Of a stretch of DNA of 64,000 nucleotides, positions 29,167-38,963 are shown in pieces. How positions within the stretch are numbered: position 1 is the first letter of the stretch; every line of letters begins with the position of its first letter. This DNA is from Acidobacteriota bacterium (GTDB taxonomy: Bacteria > Acidobacteriota > UBA890 > WLXD01): contig CBDBHB010000006.1 in the NCBI GenBank assembly GCA_965205505.1, positions 352,001 to 416,000 on the forward strand. Reading direction: 5' to 3'. The notes beneath the pieces were generated by a model. It searched no databases and had not been told where the DNA came from. It worked only from the letters and a program-made list of their open reading frames with translations. The position numbers were made by a program, and so were the translations under genes.

Positions 29167-29829
29167 CTACGGGGCCGGATAGAGAGTTTCCAATGCCGCC
29201 TTATCGGCATCCGACAATCCGCCGATGGCTTCGATGTCGGCCCGCTCATCGAGACGAGCCCGATAGCGTTGGAAATACATCGGGATATCACCGCCGAGTC
29301 GAAACGAGTACATGACATCCTCGAACTCGGCACTGTGCGGCAACCCGAGCGCATGCCCGAACTCGTGCAAGCACGTCAAGTACACCACGGCGTCGCGGTA
29401 CAACGGATCGCGGCGAGCACGGCGGTCGATTTCCGGCCCCAAACCGCCGGTGGCCGGACGCACGAAGACCGCAGCTCCGGGCCTACCCTGATAGCTGAAC
29501 GGTCGCATCTCGCCGAACAGGCCGCCGGAGGCCGACACCCAATAGAGATGGAGCAGCGCGTCTTCCCATGGCGCTGGCTCGAGTACGAGCTGGCCGTTGG
29601 CGGCACGCTCCCAAGCGCGCAGCGCCCACACTGCGAGCTCGTCATCGCGGGCACGAAACCCGGTGTCTGGCTCACCCGATGGAACGTAGAAGCCGATGGG
29701 GTTGCGATTGTCGAGGGGACCATACCCTTGCACCCACGCAACGGCGCGGGCCGTCGAAGAGGCGACTGCAAGCAACGCGCTGCCCGCGACCACCAGACGA
29801 CGGATCAATGCCCGAGCGTCGGGTGTCAA
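29167..29829 (-). CDS. Matrixin-family (metzincin) zinc metalloprotease
   Basis: HEFGHALGLPHS plus Met-turn DVMY; hydrophobic N-terminus; TTG start inferred. Confidence 0.8.
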   Translation of the reverse strand: MTPDARALIRRLVVAGSALLAVASSTARAVAWVQGYGPLDNRNPIGFYVPSGEPDTGFRARDDELAVWALRAWERAANGQLVLEPAPWEDALLHLYWVSASGGLFGEMRPFSYQGRPGAAVFVRPATGGLGPEIDRRARRDPLYRDAVVYLTCLHEFGHALGLPHSAEFEDVMYSFRLGGDIPMYFQRYRARLDERADIEAIGGLSDADKAALETLYPAP

Positions 29830-29833
29830 GCAT

Positions 29834-30631
29834 CTACCATCCGCACTGACGGTTGGCGTTCTGCTCGTCGAGCCAGGCTTGCAGGGGGGCGAAGGAGTCG
29901 AGAATGGCGGTGGCGTCCATCTCGGTCTCGCCGGTGAGCGCCTCGAGCGCCTCGGGCCACGGGCGGCTGGCTCCCATCTCGAGCATGGCGTTGAGTCGAG
30001 CTCCTGCCTCCTCGCTTCCGTAGATCGTACAGCGATGCAGCGGGCCCTCGAAGCCGGCCGCATCGCACATCGCCCGGTGGAACTGGAACTGCAGGATCCG
30101 GGCGATGAAGTACCGCGTATACGAGACCATTGCCGGGATGTGGTACTTGGCGCCCGGATCGAAGCTCTCTTCGGTTCGCTCGATCGGCGGCGCCACGCCT
30201 TGGTAGCGCTCGCGCAGCTCCCACCAGGTGCTGTTGAGCTCGTCGGCGCCGATGTCGCCACTGGAGATTTGCCAGCGCCACTGGTCGAGCATGTAGGTCC
30301 ACGGTAGTGCCGCGACGCGATCAAGCGCCATGTTCAGGAGTAGTCCAATGTCACCGGACGCAACAGGGACCTCGTCGATGAGGTCGATCTGGTGCAGTTA
30401 CTCGGGGGTGATCGACAGCGCGATGGCGTCGCCGATGGCCTCGTGAAAGCCAGGGTTGGCACCACCCTGATACATCGTTGGCTGGTCGCGGTAGGCGCGT
30501 TGGTAGAAGTTGTGGCCGAGCTCGTGATGGATGGTATCGAACGAGTCCGCCGTCTTGTCGATGCACATCTTGATGCGGTAGTCCTCGCCGTCCCCCATGT
30601 CCCAAGCACTGGCGTGGCACACAACCTGGCG
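29834..30631 (-). pseudogene. C-terminal half of M2-family (ACE-like) peptidyl-dipeptidase with in-frame TAA
   Basis: RQVVCHASAWD, HHELGH, GANPGFHEAIGD, TPE*LH (TAA 30398-30400), DQWRW, FDPGAKYH, YTRYF. Confidence 0.9.
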
Positions 30632-30790
30632 GGGTGGCTCCGTGCCCTGAACTATCTGGGTATGTATCACGCAGAACGCCAAGAGCGGGCGCAGGCGGAG
30701 GGCTACTTCCGACGTTATCTGCGCTATTGGGGCGACGGTGAGATCGACCGCGACGAAGTTGCGGCGGCCCGCGCCTACCTATCCCGGTAA
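30632..30790 (+). pseudogene. Displaced C-terminal TPR tail of the Ser/Thr kinase, inside the inversion
   Basis: GWLRALNYLG...YFRRYLRYWGDGEIDRDEVAAARAYLSR*; TPR-like, no start or RBS of its own. Confidence 0.75.
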
Positions 30791-30830
30791 TGCCGCGTTG
30801 CCCCACCACGGCCTGCTAAGGATCACTTCT

Positions 30831-31829
30831 ATGCTTCGAGCTGCCGCTTGTCTCCTGATTCTCCTCACCGCGTTGGCGTGCGCCGCAGCCGGCGATGGTC
30901 CGGTCACACCGGCCGACGCCGACGCATTCATCGCCGAGTCTGAGCAGCAGTTGGCAGCACTGGGCCGATCGCAAGCCAACGCCGACTGGGTGCAGGCCAC
31001 GTACATCACCTACGACAGCACCAAGGTCGCCGCCGCCGCCCAAGAGCGCATCACCACCGCGGCAGTCGATCTGGCCAACGCATCGACCCGCTTCGACGGG
31101 CTCGACCTGGCTTTCGACACCAGGCGCAAGTTGGGAATGCTCAAACGAGCTCTTTCGGTGCCGGCGCCGGCCGACGAACAGTTGATTGCGGAGATCGCGC
31201 GGCTCTCCAACGAGCTGACCGGAACCTACGGCTCGCACGAGTACTGTCGCGACGACGGCGAGTGCCTCCAAGAGCCGCACATGGTCGACATCATGGCCAA
31301 CAGCCGCGACCCCGATGAGCTTCTCGAGATTTGGCAAGGCTGGCGCACCATGGGCCCGCCCATGCGCGACGACTACATGCGGGTGATGGAGATCGCCAAT
31401 CAAGGCGCGCGCGTGCTCGGGTTTGCCGATCTCGGGGCATTGTGGCGCTCCAACTACGACATGGATCCCGATGCGTTCGCGGCAGAAGCCGAACGCCTGG
31501 TGCGCCAGGTGCAGCCGCTTTACGAGGCGCTCCAATGCCACGTCCGCGCCGGCCTCCATGACTACTATGGGTCGCGCATCGTTCCTCTGGACGGCCCTAT
31601 CCCGGCCCACCTCCTGGGCAACATGTGGGCTCAGAGCTGGACAAACGTATACGACCTCGTGGCGCCGGAGTCGTCGGCAGCGGTGTATGACCTCACGGAA
31701 CGCATTCAGCGCTCGCGAATGAGCGAGCTCGACATGGTCAGCACCGGTGAGGCGTTCTTTACATCGCTGGGCTTCCAGCAGTTGCCGGAGACCTTCTGGC
31801 AGCGTTCACTGTTCACCAAGCCGCGAGAC
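30831..31829 (+). pseudogene. N-terminal half of M2-family (ACE-like) peptidase, inside the inversion
   Basis: Signal peptide; ADWVQATYIT, SRDPDELL..W.GW, PLYE.L.C.VR, IPAHLLGNMWAQSW, FWQRSLFTKPRD, then homology stops. Confidence 0.9.
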
Positions 31830-31831
31830 AT

Positions 31832-34723
31832 GATCGGGTTGTCGACCCGCGGCATCGACGCTTCCTCCACGGCCCTGAGCTCCCGGGCGGCGGCCTCTTC
31901 GTGGCCGCCGAGCCACAACGACTCGGCGAGGATGAATCTCATCGCGAGCCCTTCATCGCTCAGGTCGCGGGTCGGCAGCAGCTCCAACGTGGTCCGTAGG
32001 TGGGGAACCGCGGCCTCGAGGTCGCCTGATGCCCACGCGATTACTCCGTCGATCTGAGCCTCCGCACGGCGCTGGCGGATCTCGGTCAGCGGCACTCCGG
32101 CGATCGACTCGCGGAACGCATCGGCCACTTGGCGTGCGCGCGCCTCATCGCCGGCCAGCACGCGTCCGACCATCTCATTCAACGCCACGAGCTGTGGGTT
32201 CGCCGGCTCAGGCGCCGTCCGACGCAGCTCTTCGGTCCGCTCGAGCGTCAGCTCCGCGTCCGCCAAGCTACGTGCCAACTCGACCTGTGCCCCGAGCGCG
32301 CGCTGGTGTTCCATGCTGCCGGGGGGGAACAGTGTCCCCGCCTCCTGCAGCGCGGTTCTCGCTGTGGCCGCCTGGCCGAAGTACAGGTTCTGCGCGGAGA
32401 GCGCCAAGTATCCCTCGAACTTGGCCTTTGGATTCGGATCTTGAAGCATCGTGCGAGTCTCGGCGCGCGCTTCGTCCCAGCGCTCTTGCATCACCAGGAT
32501 GCCCCAGCGCAGTACGCGCTTCCGGTACTCGGGTACAAGACGGTTTGCGGTGGCGAGCTCTTCCAGGGCTTCGTCGTACGCGCTGTTGCGCGCCAGCCCG
32601 GCGGCGAGATTGAAGTATCCCTCGGCGTTGTCCGGGTTCGCCTCGACGTACTCTCGGAGCACGGTCACGGCATCGGCAACCCGCCCTCGTGCCGCATAGG
32701 CGAAGGCCATCGAGTAGGCGTTAGGCGCGAAGGAATCGCGCGCTTGCCGGAGCTCCTCGAAGTGTTCGATTGCCTCGTCGAATCGCTCCAGATCCATGAG
32801 GCCCTGGGCAAGGTTGGTGCGCGCCGCAAGGTGGTCGGGGTACGACTCGACAGCCTTGGCGTACTCGTCCAGCAATTCGGTGATGGTGCGAGGGTCCATC
32901 CCCAAGTCGCGTCCGCGGATGTAGTGGCGTTCGCGCGGCGGCAAGCGGTCGGCCATGTCGAAGGCTCGCTGAGCGTAGCGAGCCGCTATCTCCTTGTCGC
33001 CGAGATTACCGTGCGCCACCGACAGCTTGGCGTGCGCCATAGCGAAGTCGGGGTCCAGCTCGACCGCCCTCTCGAGCAGCGGAACAGCGTCACGGTACTT
33101 GGACTGCAAGTTGAGCTCGACGCCCTCGTTGTAGAAGCGGAACGCCTCGATGTTGTCGGTCGTGACCTCCTCGATGTCTCGATAGCCCATAGCGCCGCCC
33201 GACAATGCCGCGTCGTGGTCGGCGTGGCTCATGTCGAAGCTCGCCTCGATCCACGCATGTAGCTCGTCGACCAGGTCGAATAGCTCATCGACGCTTCCCT
33301 GTACCGATCCGGACGACAACACCTCGCTCGAGTCCGGGTCTTGAATGCGAGCGTTGATGCGGATCTCGTCGCCGGCGCGGGCGAAGCTGCCGACGATCGC
33401 TCGGTTCATGCCGGCCAGCCGGGCGATCTCGCCGACCACCTCACCAGAGGTGGTGGAATCGCCCAGACGTCCCATGCCTTGCAGCATCGAGTAGAGGCGA
33501 TCGGTGGCGAGCACACGGACGCCGGGAATCTGCGACAGGTCGGTGACCAACATTTCCGTGAGGCCGCTGCGCAGCCATTCGAGCTCGGGGTCGCCGCTAA
33601 TGTTGTCGAAATAGAACACCGCAACCGAGAGTTGGCCGTCGAGCGAGGTTGGAAATGCCGGTGGTTGCCCCACTCTCGGGCCGGGTTCCACTCTGTCGCG
33701 GAGACCGAAATAACCGATTGTCAATACGGCCACGACCGCGACGGCAAGGGCACCATAGCGGAGCCACGAAGAAGCCTCGACAACGACAACCTTGGAGCCC
33801 GGAAGGTAGGCTCCGAGCTTCGATACCCTGCTGACGTCGGAATGGAGTCTGGACGAAAGCAACTCGCCGGTCTCCAGATCGCGGCGGATCTCCTTCAGAT
33901 CCCGTCGCAGGTCGGCTGCCGTCTGGTAGCGCTGGTCGGGCTGCTTGGCCAGCGTTCGCTGGATGAGGCGCGCAATCGGCAGCGGGATCGCCTGTCGCAC
34001 ATCGCTGACGGAGTCGGGGTCATCCTTGAGGATCGACGAGAGCACCGAGATGTTGGTCTCGCCATCGAAGGGACGTTTCCCGGTGATCATCTCGTACAGC
34101 AGGATCCCGAGCGAGAAGATGTCCGACCGGTGATCGAGACTGCGTCCCTCAGCTTGCTCCGGCGACATGTAGGCGATCGTCCCCAGGATCTTTCCCTCGC
34201 CGGTGAAGTCACCGGTCAGCATTTGCGTCATGCCGTCGGGCCCGCTGCGCTGCTCATTGATCTTGGCGAGCCCGAAATCGAGCACTTTGACGCGCCCGGC
34301 GTCGTCCACCATGATGTTGGCCGGCTTGAGGTCGCGGTGAAGGATGTTGCGCTCATGCGCGGCCGCGACCGCATCGGCCAGCGGCACGGCGATGTCAAGG
34401 AATTCCTTGACGGGCATCCCCTCGCGCGGAATGAGCTGGTCGAGCGTTTGGCCGATGATCAGCTCCATGGTCATGAAGCGAACGCCGTCGGCCTCTTCGA
34501 CCGCGTAGATCGTGACGATGTTCGGGTGGCTGAGCGCGGCAACGCTCTTAGCCTCGCGCTCGAAGCGCGCCAGACGCACCGGGTCGTCGGCCAGACTCTC
34601 CGGCAAGAGCTTCAGCGCCACCTGGCGGTTGAGCTTGGTGTCGCGCGCGGCGAACACCTCGCCCATGCCACCGCTGCCGAGCTTGCGCACGACCTCGTAG
34701 TGCGCCAGTCGCGTTCCGATCAC
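31832..34723 (-). CDS. Ser/Thr protein kinase with TM, TolB_N/FlgO-like and TPR domains; C-terminus disrupted by inversion (current ORF reads on to 31706)
   Basis: LGSGGMGEV, VALK, HRDLKPAN, DFGLAK, YMSPEQ, SDIFSLG, TPR repeats; GGAGG RBS before GTG 34723. Confidence 0.9.
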
Positions 34724-34854
34724 CGCGAACCCTCCGTGAGTCGCTGCGAACAAGACTACCTCTTGTCCGTGGCCGCTCGTAGCCCGCCGGGCCGCACCTC
34801 GGTAGCCGTCGATGGGACGTCGTCTGCGTCTGAGCGCCGCGCCGACGTGCCGGT

Positions 34855-35637
34855 TCAGGTGACCTCGTCAGCCAGCGCGATGACGCGCAGGGGGCTACCG
34901 CTGCCGTCGACCAGCTTCAGCGGTGCGGCAATCACCACCGCGCCCGTGGGCGGCAGCTTGTCGAGGTTGCACAGGCTGGCAAGCCCCAGCTTGCCGGCCC
35001 CGTGCATGAGCGTGTGGGCCGGGAAAGCGGGATCAAAGCCAGCCGCCTGGCCGGCGTCCGTGCCGACTGTCTCGACACCGATGCCGAGGATGTCCCGTTC
35101 GGCCAGTATCCGGATCGTGTCGGTGTGGAATCCTGGACTGTGCGGGCCGTCGTCGTGGATGTTGAGGAACGCCTCGGCACCGCGACGGTTGCTCCACCCG
35201 GTGTTCAGGAGCACCCACCCGCCGGCCGCCAGGGGTCCGTGTTCGCCCTCCCACGCTCGCAGTTCTTCCGGGGCGACCAGATAGTCGGGATCATCGGCCA
35301 CTGCCGCAGTTACATCGATCACGCTGGCGGGGCCGACGAAGCGGACCGGAGAGATTGTATCGGTGGTGTTGTCGGGCAGGTCCTTGCCGCTGATCCAGTG
35401 GCCAGGCGCGTCGAAGTGCGTACCGGTGTGCTCACCGAAGCTCAGCGCATTCCAGTACCAGGCCGGTCCGTCGTCGTCGAATCGCGAGATCTGCTCGATG
35501 GTGACGCCAGGAGAGAGCGCGAACGGTGGCGGCAAGGCGATCACAGGCGTGTCTGGCTCGAGGGGTTGCGTGAGGTCGACGATGCGAACACTGCCGTCTC
35601 GAATGGCATCAGCTAGCTGGGTCAGAAGGCCGCTCAT
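34855..35637 (-). CDS. Cyclase/kynurenine formamidase-family metallohydrolase
   Basis: VDLTQPL, GEHTGTHFDAP.H, LP..GA....APLK...GSGSP.R. Confidence 0.9.
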   Translation of the reverse strand: MSGLLTQLADAIRDGSVRIVDLTQPLEPDTPVIALPPPFALSPGVTIEQISRFDDDGPAWYWNALSFGEHTGTHFDAPGHWISGKDLPDNTTDTISPVRFVGPASVIDVTAAVADDPDYLVAPEELRAWEGEHGPLAAGGWVLLNTGWSNRRGAEAFLNIHDDGPHSPGFHTDTIRILAERDILGIGVETVGTDAGQAAGFDPAFPAHTLMHGAGKLGLASLCNLDKLPPTGAVVIAAPLKLVDGSGSPLRVIALADEVT

Positions 35638-36203
35638 GAGCTCCCCTGCTGCAGGTAGCGGGCGAACTGGAAGCGGTTCTCCAGCAGCCCTAAGTCGGTA
35701 ACGAATGCCTTCGGCCCTTCGTCGGCTACTTTGGCGACGATCGTGGCTACCTCGCGTGCTTTCCGAGCGGCGTCGAATGCTGCGAGCAGCGCATCGACAT
35801 CGACGACGGTACTGGTACGAGGTACACCCGCGCCGGCGGCGATCGCCGCTAAATCGGAACCTGTGGCGGTGGCGGTCGGAAATCCCCCGACCGACAACAG
35901 GCTCTCGTTGTCGAACACCAGATGCACCAAGTTACCAGGCCGGTAGCGTCCCAACGTCGTCAGTCCGCCCAGATTCATCAGCGCCGATCCATCTCCGTCG
36001 ACGACCACGACCTGCCGTTCCGGCAGCGCCAGTGCCAAGCCCAGCCCCATGGACGAGGCCAGCCCCATGGCGTGTTGCAGATAGAAGTGGTTGGGTCGGT
36101 GTCCGAGCGATTGCAGCTCCGCCGCCACGGCTCCCATGATGGTCACCACCACGCAGTCAGCGAGTCGATCGTAAAGCGCGCGGAGAGCATCTATCCGCAG
36201 CAT
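35634..36203 (-). CDS. TPP-dependent decarboxylase beta subunit (ComE/phosphonopyruvate decarboxylase-like)
   Basis: MGLASSMGLGLALA, TPP motif DGDGSALMN...FDNE. Confidence 0.85.
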   Translation of the reverse strand: MLRIDALRALYDRLADCVVVTIMGAVAAELQSLGHRPNHFYLQHAMGLASSMGLGLALALPERQVVVVDGDGSALMNLGGLTTLGRYRPGNLVHLVFDNESLLSVGGFPTATATGSDLAAIAAGAGVPRTSTVVDVDALLAAFDAARKAREVATIVAKVADEGPKAFVTDLGLLENRFQFARYLQQGSS

Positions 36204-36217
36204 CCGGTCGCCCACCT

Positions 36218-36730
36218 TCAGTCCGCCCACATCAGGTCGCGCCCGAGCAACACGCCGACCGGTCGCAAAGAAGAGTAAGCCAGCGACATCGCCTGCTCCA
36301 CGCGGTGAGGCACGTGGTCGGGTGCCTCCAGACGCAGGTGAGGAATGCGCAACGCGTCGAGGACGTGCACGGTCTGTCCGCCGCCTTCGGTCTGCCAGGG
36401 GTCGCGCTCGCCGAACGAGCCGCGGTCGCTGATCAGCATCAACAGCGGAATACGGTAAAGCTGTGCCCCCGAGACAATGCCGTTGACCGATGCCAGAAAC
36501 CCATGATTCTGCATGAGCATCACCGATCGCACGCCGGCGAGGTGGGCACCCATCGAGATCCCGACGCCCTCCTCTTCCTTGGCGAGCCGCACAAGTGTGG
36601 TGTCGGCGTCCTCCTCGGCAAGGCGGATGAGGTGTACAAGCCAAGTCTCCGGAAGCGCCGAGATGATCTCGACGCCGCACGATTTGAGCGCCTCGTAGAC
36701 GACCCGCGAGTTGCCTAGCGAAACCGGCAT
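36218..36730 (-). CDS. TPP-dependent decarboxylase alpha subunit (ComD-like)
   Basis: LPETWL, KEEEGVG...GAHLAG, LMQNHG, IS.RG..GE. Confidence 0.85.
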   Translation of the reverse strand: MPVSLGNSRVVYEALKSCGVEIISALPETWLVHLIRLAEEDADTTLVRLAKEEEGVGISMGAHLAGVRSVMLMQNHGFLASVNGIVSGAQLYRIPLLMLISDRGSFGERDPWQTEGGGQTVHVLDALRIPHLRLEAPDHVPHRVEQAMSLAYSSLRPVGVLLGRDLMWAD

Positions 36731-36759
36731 GACGGTTCCCGTTGTCAGGTGCTGCCCGT

Positions 36760-37935
36760 CTATTGCAGCGTAATGAGGTACTTGATCGCGAACGTGCCGA
36801 GCCAGTGCGACCCGTAGTAGTTGGCCTCGAACATCGCCGCCGTTCCATGGGCCGCCTGCTGTGCTGCGGTTGATCGGTAGGCCTCGAAGCTCGGATGCTC
36901 GCTGCCGAGGGTGGCCGCCAGGCGACTTAGCGCCTCGGCACGCGTGAAGGCCAGCCCGATCAGGTGCGACTTCGCCCCCATGAGCCCGCCGTCCTCTGCG
37001 ACACTCTCGCCCAGTTGTACTTGTTCAGCTAGTCTGCGAAAGTTCGGGCTGTCCGGCGCTGGCAGAAACCTGTCGTGCCAGCTCGTGAAGCTCGGCCGAT
37101 CGAGGACCCGTGCCATCAACGTCGCCTCTTGTAGACATGGTGACAAGAAATCGGAGGCCGATGGCTCGTAGGCCAACGGACAATCGACGTCAGCGCCGTA
37201 GAGTGCCTCGGCGCGCGAGACTACCAGGTGCCATAGAGCCGTATCATCGGTGCTCTCCGCGTAGTCGAGGATCAGATCCATCGCGAATGCGGTGTTGGCA
37301 TGGGTACCGCTACGCACCGGATAGTCGAGGCTCTCGAGATAAAAGGGCAAGCGATCGACGAATACCTGCGCCAGCGGCGCCGAGTTCTCGGCCCAGGTGG
37401 CGGCATCGGGGTATGTCGAGTCGCTCAGCGCGGCGTGCAACGCAAGCAACCAGGCCCAACCATAGGGGCGCTCGAAGGAGCGGTTGTCGGTGAAGAAGGA
37501 AAGCTCACCGGCAAGCGGCCGCGCGCCGAGGTGCTCGTCGAGCTTCTCGGCGATGAGCGGGGCGATGGGCGACTCCGGGAACCGATCGAGGATCTCGACC
37601 AGCGCCCAGGTCGAGTTCACTGCCGAGTGCCAGTCGAAACAACCGTAGAAGGCGCGCGTGGTCTCGAAGTCGGGACGCAGCGCCGCAGTGCGCTCATACA
37701 GGTACCCGGTCCCGCTGGGGGCTGTGTGCGGCCGATCAAGGCATGCGAGTGGCATTGCTGCCAGCGCCAGTGCCGTGTTGTCGTCGAGCTTCGGCTCGTC
37801 CGGTAGAGCAAACACCGGATCGGGCTGAGCTTCCGGCGGGGTTCTGTCGACGTCAGCCTGACAACCGCCCAGCGCGGTGAGCATCAAGGCCACTACGTGA
37901 AGCGAACGGTGAGAACTGAACGAAGGCATGATCAA
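36760..37935 (-). CDS. DUF2891-family lipoprotein
   Basis: AFYGCFDWHSAV, FERPYGWAWLL, RSGTHANTAF, EPS..DFLSPCL.EA, YYGSHWL.TFA. Confidence 0.9.
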   Translation of the reverse strand: MIMPSFSSHRSLHVVALMLTALGGCQADVDRTPPEAQPDPVFALPDEPKLDDNTALALAAMPLACLDRPHTAPSGTGYLYERTAALRPDFETTRAFYGCFDWHSAVNSTWALVEILDRFPESPIAPLIAEKLDEHLGARPLAGELSFFTDNRSFERPYGWAWLLALHAALSDSTYPDAATWAENSAPLAQVFVDRLPFYLESLDYPVRSGTHANTAFAMDLILDYAESTDDTALWHLVVSRAEALYGADVDCPLAYEPSASDFLSPCLQEATLMARVLDRPSFTSWHDRFLPAPDSPNFRRLAEQVQLGESVAEDGGLMGAKSHLIGLAFTRAEALSRLAATLGSEHPSFEAYRSTAAQQAAHGTAAMFEANYYGSHWLGTFAIKYLITLQ

Positions 37936-38026
37936 CAGTCTCTCAGATGGCTACTTCCGCGGACCGCGGGCGGCTCGATGCAGGTACATCTTGATCGCCG
38001 GCGCGAAAGCGGCTCCTAGCAGGCCG

Positions 38027-38854
38027 CTAGCGTAGGAACCGCTCCTCGAACTCGGCGGAACGAATGATCGAAAGCACCACCTCTAGGTAGCGTCGGCGCT
38101 CCACCTGCGGTAACAGGTCGCGGGTTCCTGTGGAGTCCGGGCTACGCTGCAGCAACCCTTGATAAAACCTGTTGAGGAGCTCCGCCGAGCTCGTATTCGC
38201 TGCGCTTTGCAGGAACTCCCCGCTGCGCAGCATCGCCTGGGCCTGCGTTTCGAGGCGGCCTCGTTGCACCTCGGACACGGCGCCGGCGAAACTGCCCGCG
38301 TCGGCGTCGCGCCCCAGTATGCCGTGATAAAGTGCGCGGACGATTGCCTCAGCCTCTTCGCGCTCATAGCTGGAGGCCATGTCGCGGCGCACCTCGACAT
38401 CGACGCGCCACGCGAAGTTGAGGTTGCCGGGTACGTAAAGCTCGAGCCGGCATTGACCATCCGGACGACGCGCCGAGATCCGCACCGTTCCTTCATCCCT
38501 CGGCTCGACGTCCAGGACGCTTCTGCAGTCGCGGTCGTCGAACCCTAGCGCCAGGCGATCTTGCGGAAAGCTGCGGCCATCCTGGTCGCGGCCGCTGACT
38601 TCGATATCGATGTCACCACGCGGCGGGATCGCGAGCACGTCGTCGGGGTCGTAGTCCTGCCAGTTATAGCCGTCGCCCTTGACGCGCAGCTCGACTCGGC
38701 AGAGCAGCGGGTAGCGCCAGTTGCCACAGTCCTGCAGCGCGATCGAGGCCCCGCGCGTCGGGGCTGTCCCACCAGCGGCGCTGTCGCCGGGCGCCACGGC
38801 GCCGTTCAAGAGTAGAGGAATGACGAGCAACAGGGCGTTCCGTGGATATCTCAT
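38027..38854 (-). CDS. Secreted protein with C-terminal DUF4214/phycobilisome-linker-like repeats
   Basis: Signal peptide; two LY..L.R..D ... S.EF units. Confidence 0.65.
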   Translation of the reverse strand: MRYPRNALLLVIPLLLNGAVAPGDSAAGGTAPTRGASIALQDCGNWRYPLLCRVELRVKGDGYNWQDYDPDDVLAIPPRGDIDIEVSGRDQDGRSFPQDRLALGFDDRDCRSVLDVEPRDEGTVRISARRPDGQCRLELYVPGNLNFAWRVDVEVRRDMASSYEREEAEAIVRALYHGILGRDADAGSFAGAVSEVQRGRLETQAQAMLRSGEFLQSAANTSSAELLNRFYQGLLQRSPDSTGTRDLLPQVERRRYLEVVLSIIRSAEFEERFLR

Positions 38855-38963
38855 CGGGGGCTCCGTTGGCAGCAGGCTGGCAAGTGGACTATTTGACCGC
38901 GCGGAGCGACTCGGCGCCAGTGGGAATCCATGACGGGCCCAGAACCGCATGTAAGCTTTCATC

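Noticed and set aside
30398-30400. Stop-codon recoding in the M2 gene
   Set aside because: The codon is TAA, which is used as a normal stop elsewhere in the window, and the gene is already disrupted.
31706-32057. Convergent overlap of the kinase and M2 ORFs as a natural overlapping gene pair
   Set aside because: Both tails are antisense read-through created by the inversion junction.
33341-35284. Long antisense ORFs (33341-35284, 7534-9123, 9871-11157, 2427-3842 and others)
   Set aside because: Shadow frames opposite well-supported genes, expected at high GC, with no motifs.
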